DNA from: Candidatus Shapirobacteria bacterium GW2011_GWF2_37_20
GTDB taxonomy: Bacteria > Patescibacteriota > Microgenomatia > UBA12405
Length of the DNA: 64,000 nucleotides
Reading direction: 5' to 3'
Assembly: GCA_000989305.1 (NCBI GenBank)
Contig: LBTB01000005.1
Span: forward strand, 4,409-68,408
The notes under the pieces: model-generated
What the model saw: the letters and a program-made list of their open reading frames with translations, nothing else
What the model was told of the DNA's origin: nothing
The model's database searches: none
Shown here: positions 61,801 through 64,000 of the stretch, piece by piece
How the letters are laid out: each line of letters starts with the position of its first letter
Numbering within the stretch: position 1 is the stretch's first letter
Position numbers and translations under genes: made by a program

Positions 61801-62380
61801 CGGTAAAGGATTTTTTACCTTGACTGTAAAAATCGATTCTACCGTCGATTTCCTGGTATTTATCAATACCGGAAGTTTCAACGTTTTGAATTATTTTATC
61901 AATGCTTATAGCGGTAATTTTGTCAGCGACGATAAACTCTTCCAAAAGACGGGTGGGGTTAATGGAATATTTGAGGTCGATATGGGGAAAGATCTTCGGA
62001 TAGGTAATGGAACTTTCGCTGACAACGGGTTTTTCTTTGGTTTCGGAGGAAGCGAAGGTTTGTTGAGGAGGAGTATAAAAGGTGAGAGAACTGGAATTGT
62101 TGGTGAATTTGATGGCATTTGAGACAAGGGGATTGGATTTAAAATAAGTTTGAAAATTGTTGGTAGTATTTTCGTAATTGTATTGTCCTTTGGAGGGTTT
62201 AATGGTGGTGTCGATATTTTTGAAAGTGTTTAAATTGTTGCCAAAAGATGATTTTTGGTTTTTGTTGTTAATTAAAAATCTGGTGATGACTATAAAGAGA
62301 GAAATAATGACAATAAAAATGACTCCAAATATAATTATCAGATCTGATTTAGGGCGGTGGGTAAAAAGATGTTTAATCAT
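58871..62380 (-). CDS. Large membrane-anchored surface protein with a glycine-rich region and FN3/Ig-like repeats
   Basis: N-terminal TM, GGGGG-rich block, duplicated (T)TYYWK domains. ATG 62380 overlaps the upstream TAA. Confidence 0.85.
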   Translation of the reverse strand: MIKHLFTHRPKSDLIIIFGVIFIVIISLFIVITRFLINNKNQKSSFGNNLNTFKNIDTTIKPSKGQYNYENTTNNFQTYFKSNPLVSNAIKFTNNSSSLTFYTPPQQTFASSETKEKPVVSESSITYPKIFPHIDLKYSINPTRLLEEFIVADKITAISIDKIIQNVETSGIDKYQEIDGRIDFYSQGKKSFTVPKPVMYEANSPGILSFGIKYEIKPLSKNQYSISKIITQEGQQWLNEHNRSYPIVIDLVIDNADAVANWVSSDTTYAAATQDTAIKQEGTGSVRVNIIGYAGTGKDGACTVSSTSNDEINTESCVGRATADAVNFSSTINTSAGSTAIVVSTTTTGVDVGDEVIIINLQGVGTTYADVGKYELRTVTQKIGTTKFIFDTGLQNAYAGTTQKIMVQRVPQYTNVTVNAGQIFRPMAFNGTKGGVLAFKANGTVTVSGTISASGLGFSGGTGGVDGGARATGGIAFCGTAGGGNGGQFNNAGLAGTCGGGGGGGYNMTTAYAGGAGSASLGGGGGGGGTVHYAVNPLGGGGAGGGYGTFGYYGVGTNNGANGGTNASGNGGTGGVIGGGGGGGGTYGDATLAIAHLGSGGGGGGGGATTGGAGGTGGGIIIIGAGSISVSGAITSAGTNGAAPTYGGGGGGGAGGSIRLLANTITLGTNLVSAPGGTGGNSTSGGDGGNGGAGRIAAFYITSLSGSTNNPSATTAQDNLASYQDTITKTTSIDLSSSITITYYVYSNIAGQNLRFRFGETNASENSNNITIGSTNTWEQKSWDITGIDPSARNAVTKFDFYINNAEPSQIFYFDNIQTVVNNLPAIPALSLPINTATNQKLAPTFKTVTTDTESDNLQYELKICTNSIMTTGCLTYNQTSSNVGWSGQNVGTSAYSSGTTAVYIIQSGSTLAPSTTYYWKTRAKDYAGSKNWGSTQAAAYSFTTDGLSYTPTLISPANDSINQPLTLSLGTSSSDPNSNPLQYKITVCSDSDMTTDCNVYDQTSSNVGWSGQNVGTSAYSSGTVATYTFQSQLIPDTTYYWKSQSIDYSGTNVWSPTQVTPFNFTTVANPGVSQGCLLQKANNNSSIKVVWNLQASGENGILVERNVNSIGFTAFQDLGVGTTAYTDTSVSSGNSYQYRIAPYFTGPIYGDWCTTPTVTLQTGTFRFY
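59310..59746. repeat. Internal ~65-bp near-identical duplication (372-bp period)
   Basis: 59310-59374 versus 59682-59746, both encoding QTSSNVGWSGQNVGTSAYSSGT; the differences are synonymous. Confidence 0.85.
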
Positions 62381-64000
62381 TAGTTTATTAGCCACCAGTT
62401 AATATTTACATTATCGTTTAAGGCTTGATCGATGGCAATGGTAAAGGTGTCTTGGTCTTTACTTTTTAGATAGGGAACTTGGTTTTGAGTAGAAGAAGTA
62501 GGGGTGAGATAGACCATGGAGGTTGAAGTAAGTTGGTTGTTTTGGATGGTAATTTCGGTTTGACCGGCGGCAAGAGTGATAGTACCGACAGTGGCATTAG
62601 TTGAGAGTTGAGCGGAAGAGGTGGCAAGAGAAGCAAGTGAAGAATCAGCAATAATAGCGGAGGAGGTAGCGATGTTGATTTTTTCAGCGGTTAAATTTTT
62701 AGTTTCGATGTTGTCGGCTTTTAACAAGTTGGCGATAAGAGAACCGTTAATATTTAGGTTACCATTGATGGTAACATTACCGTCGCTACTAAGAACCAGG
62801 CGGTCGTTTAAGAAATGAATGGTACCAAGACCACTGGGTTGGATATAGAGATTTTCAGAAGTGGTTTCCAAAATATTATCCTGAAGAGCAATTTGACCTA
62901 CGGTGAAGATATCGGAAACGTTGGCGGAGGTAAATTTACTAAGACCCTGAACAGTGAGCTGAGCACCGATAATGAGGTCGTTGCTAAGAGTGAGATTGTC
63001 GAGAGTAAGGTCAGCGCTGTCGGTAGAAACTGAGGTATCCCAGGTAGTAGAATCAGCCAGAAGAGCAGAAGGAGTGGCTTGATTCTCAGCGATAATAGTC
63101 TTGATCTCGTCACGAAGAGCAGTGATTTTGGCGGCGAAAACATCAGAAATGTTACCTTCGGGGTTGATAATTTGATCGGCGTAAATTGAGGAGAAGGAGG
63201 CCTCGTTGGCGGTGATTTGGTTGGCAGTAAGATCTGAGATTTCGGCAGTAGTGGCGGTGATATTTCCGGTGATGATGGTTTCGGAGGCGATTTTTTTGGC
63301 AGCAAGATTGTCGACGATAATATTCTTGGCGGAGAGGAGGCCGGTGTTGATTTTGGCGGCGGAGATTTGGGCAAAGAGACCGATTTTGGTGATGATTTTA
63401 TCTGTAGAATCAGTTAAAGAGTAAGACGCGGTCTCGATTTCATTTTTAGTATCGGAATAACCAAGAGAGGCGAGAACTTCGGGAGAAACATTGTAGTTGA
63501 CGGCGACTTGGCCATTTTCGGTGATGAAGACATCTGGGTCGTACCAACCCAGATTGACGATGACATTAATTAGACCCACCTGATTCGGATCGGAGCTATT
63601 GTATGAGTCTATGGCTTTGGCGGCAATATATCCGGCGCTGATAGCTTTGGAGGCAATTCCTTTAATTGAGCTTGCTGTTAGAGAATCGCCTGGATTTATT
63701 GGACCATTAATGGAACTTACTTTTAACTTGACGATACCAGACAAGGCCAAAGGTAGGGCATTGGGTTGATCAGCAATATTTTCATTTCCGACAAATGAAG
63801 GATCAAAAGAGTGAATTCCGGCCAATGAATTATCGGAAGAGGCTTTAATATATTTATTGTCAGAAAAGGCAATTAAGTCACCAGCTTCTGTGGGTTCGCT
63901 GGCGATGACATATTCGGCAAAATCAGCAGTACCAGAAAGACTGTAGGCAACAGAAGAAGCTAAAACATTGGTTCTGATTCTACCGACTTTAGTACCACTA
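62380..64000 (-). CDS. C-terminal part of a giant fibre-like surface protein with an intramolecular-chaperone (peptidase G2/S74-like) domain; 5' end outside the window
   Basis: The frame is open to the window edge: ADFAEY..GDLI..AGIHS..PSFVGN..ALSG.V..KV...NGPI.PGD.LT.S...G.A.KA, then beta-helix-like repeats. Confidence 0.8.
   Translation of the reverse strand, partial: SGTKVGRIRTNVLASSVAYSLSGTADFAEYVIASEPTEAGDLIAFSDNKYIKASSDNSLAGIHSFDPSFVGNENIADQPNALPLALSGIVKLKVSSINGPINPGDSLTASSIKGIASKAISAGYIAAKAIDSYNSSDPNQVGLINVIVNLGWYDPDVFITENGQVAVNYNVSPEVLASLGYSDTKNEIETASYSLTDSTDKIITKIGLFAQISAAKINTGLLSAKNIIVDNLAAKKIASETIITGNITATTAEISDLTANQITANEASFSSIYADQIINPEGNISDVFAAKITALRDEIKTIIAENQATPSALLADSTTWDTSVSTDSADLTLDNLTLSNDLIIGAQLTVQGLSKFTSANVSDIFTVGQIALQDNILETTSENLYIQPSGLGTIHFLNDRLVLSSDGNVTINGNLNINGSLIANLLKADNIETKNLTAEKINIATSSAIIADSSLASLATSSAQLSTNATVGTITLAAGQTEITIQNNQLTSTSMVYLTPTSSTQNQVPYLKSKDQDTFTIAIDQALNDNVNINWWLIN

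Overview
Chromosomal window from a reduced, AT-rich bacterium using genetic code 11 (TGA is a stop). The gene content and divergent rRNA point to Patescibacteria/CPR, probably Microgenomates (inference). Housekeeping content: the dnaN-dnaA / rpmH-rnpA-yidD-yidC-khpB origin cluster with DnaA boxes and trio-like repeats, mutM, trxB, a stand-alone 5'-3' exonuclease, ftsH, rpsA, radA, rho, tRNA-Ile, and a tRNA-Ala-23S-5S unit with no adjacent 16S. Accessory content: a split T4SS-like apparatus (PrgI/VirB4/cell-wall hydrolase at 5.8-14.8 kb; VirB6-like gene plus six pilin paralogues at 32.9-38.3 kb), a divergently adjacent 7TM + triple ATP-grasp ligase + aspartic-protease operon, glycan genes, and giant surface proteins at the right end. 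The most notable observations are: the ATP-grasp/pilin juxtaposition; a C-terminal domain shared by a TPR protein and a giant autoproteolytic fibre-like protein; pervasive -10 boxes directly before start codons (leaderless mRNAs); two unexplained structured-RNA candidates; degenerate palindromes inside coding sequences; 23S expansion segments and natural drug-site variants; and no obvious strand-skew reversal at the apparent oriC. No CRISPR array, IS element, integrase or reverse transcriptase was seen. All alignments and counts were done by eye.
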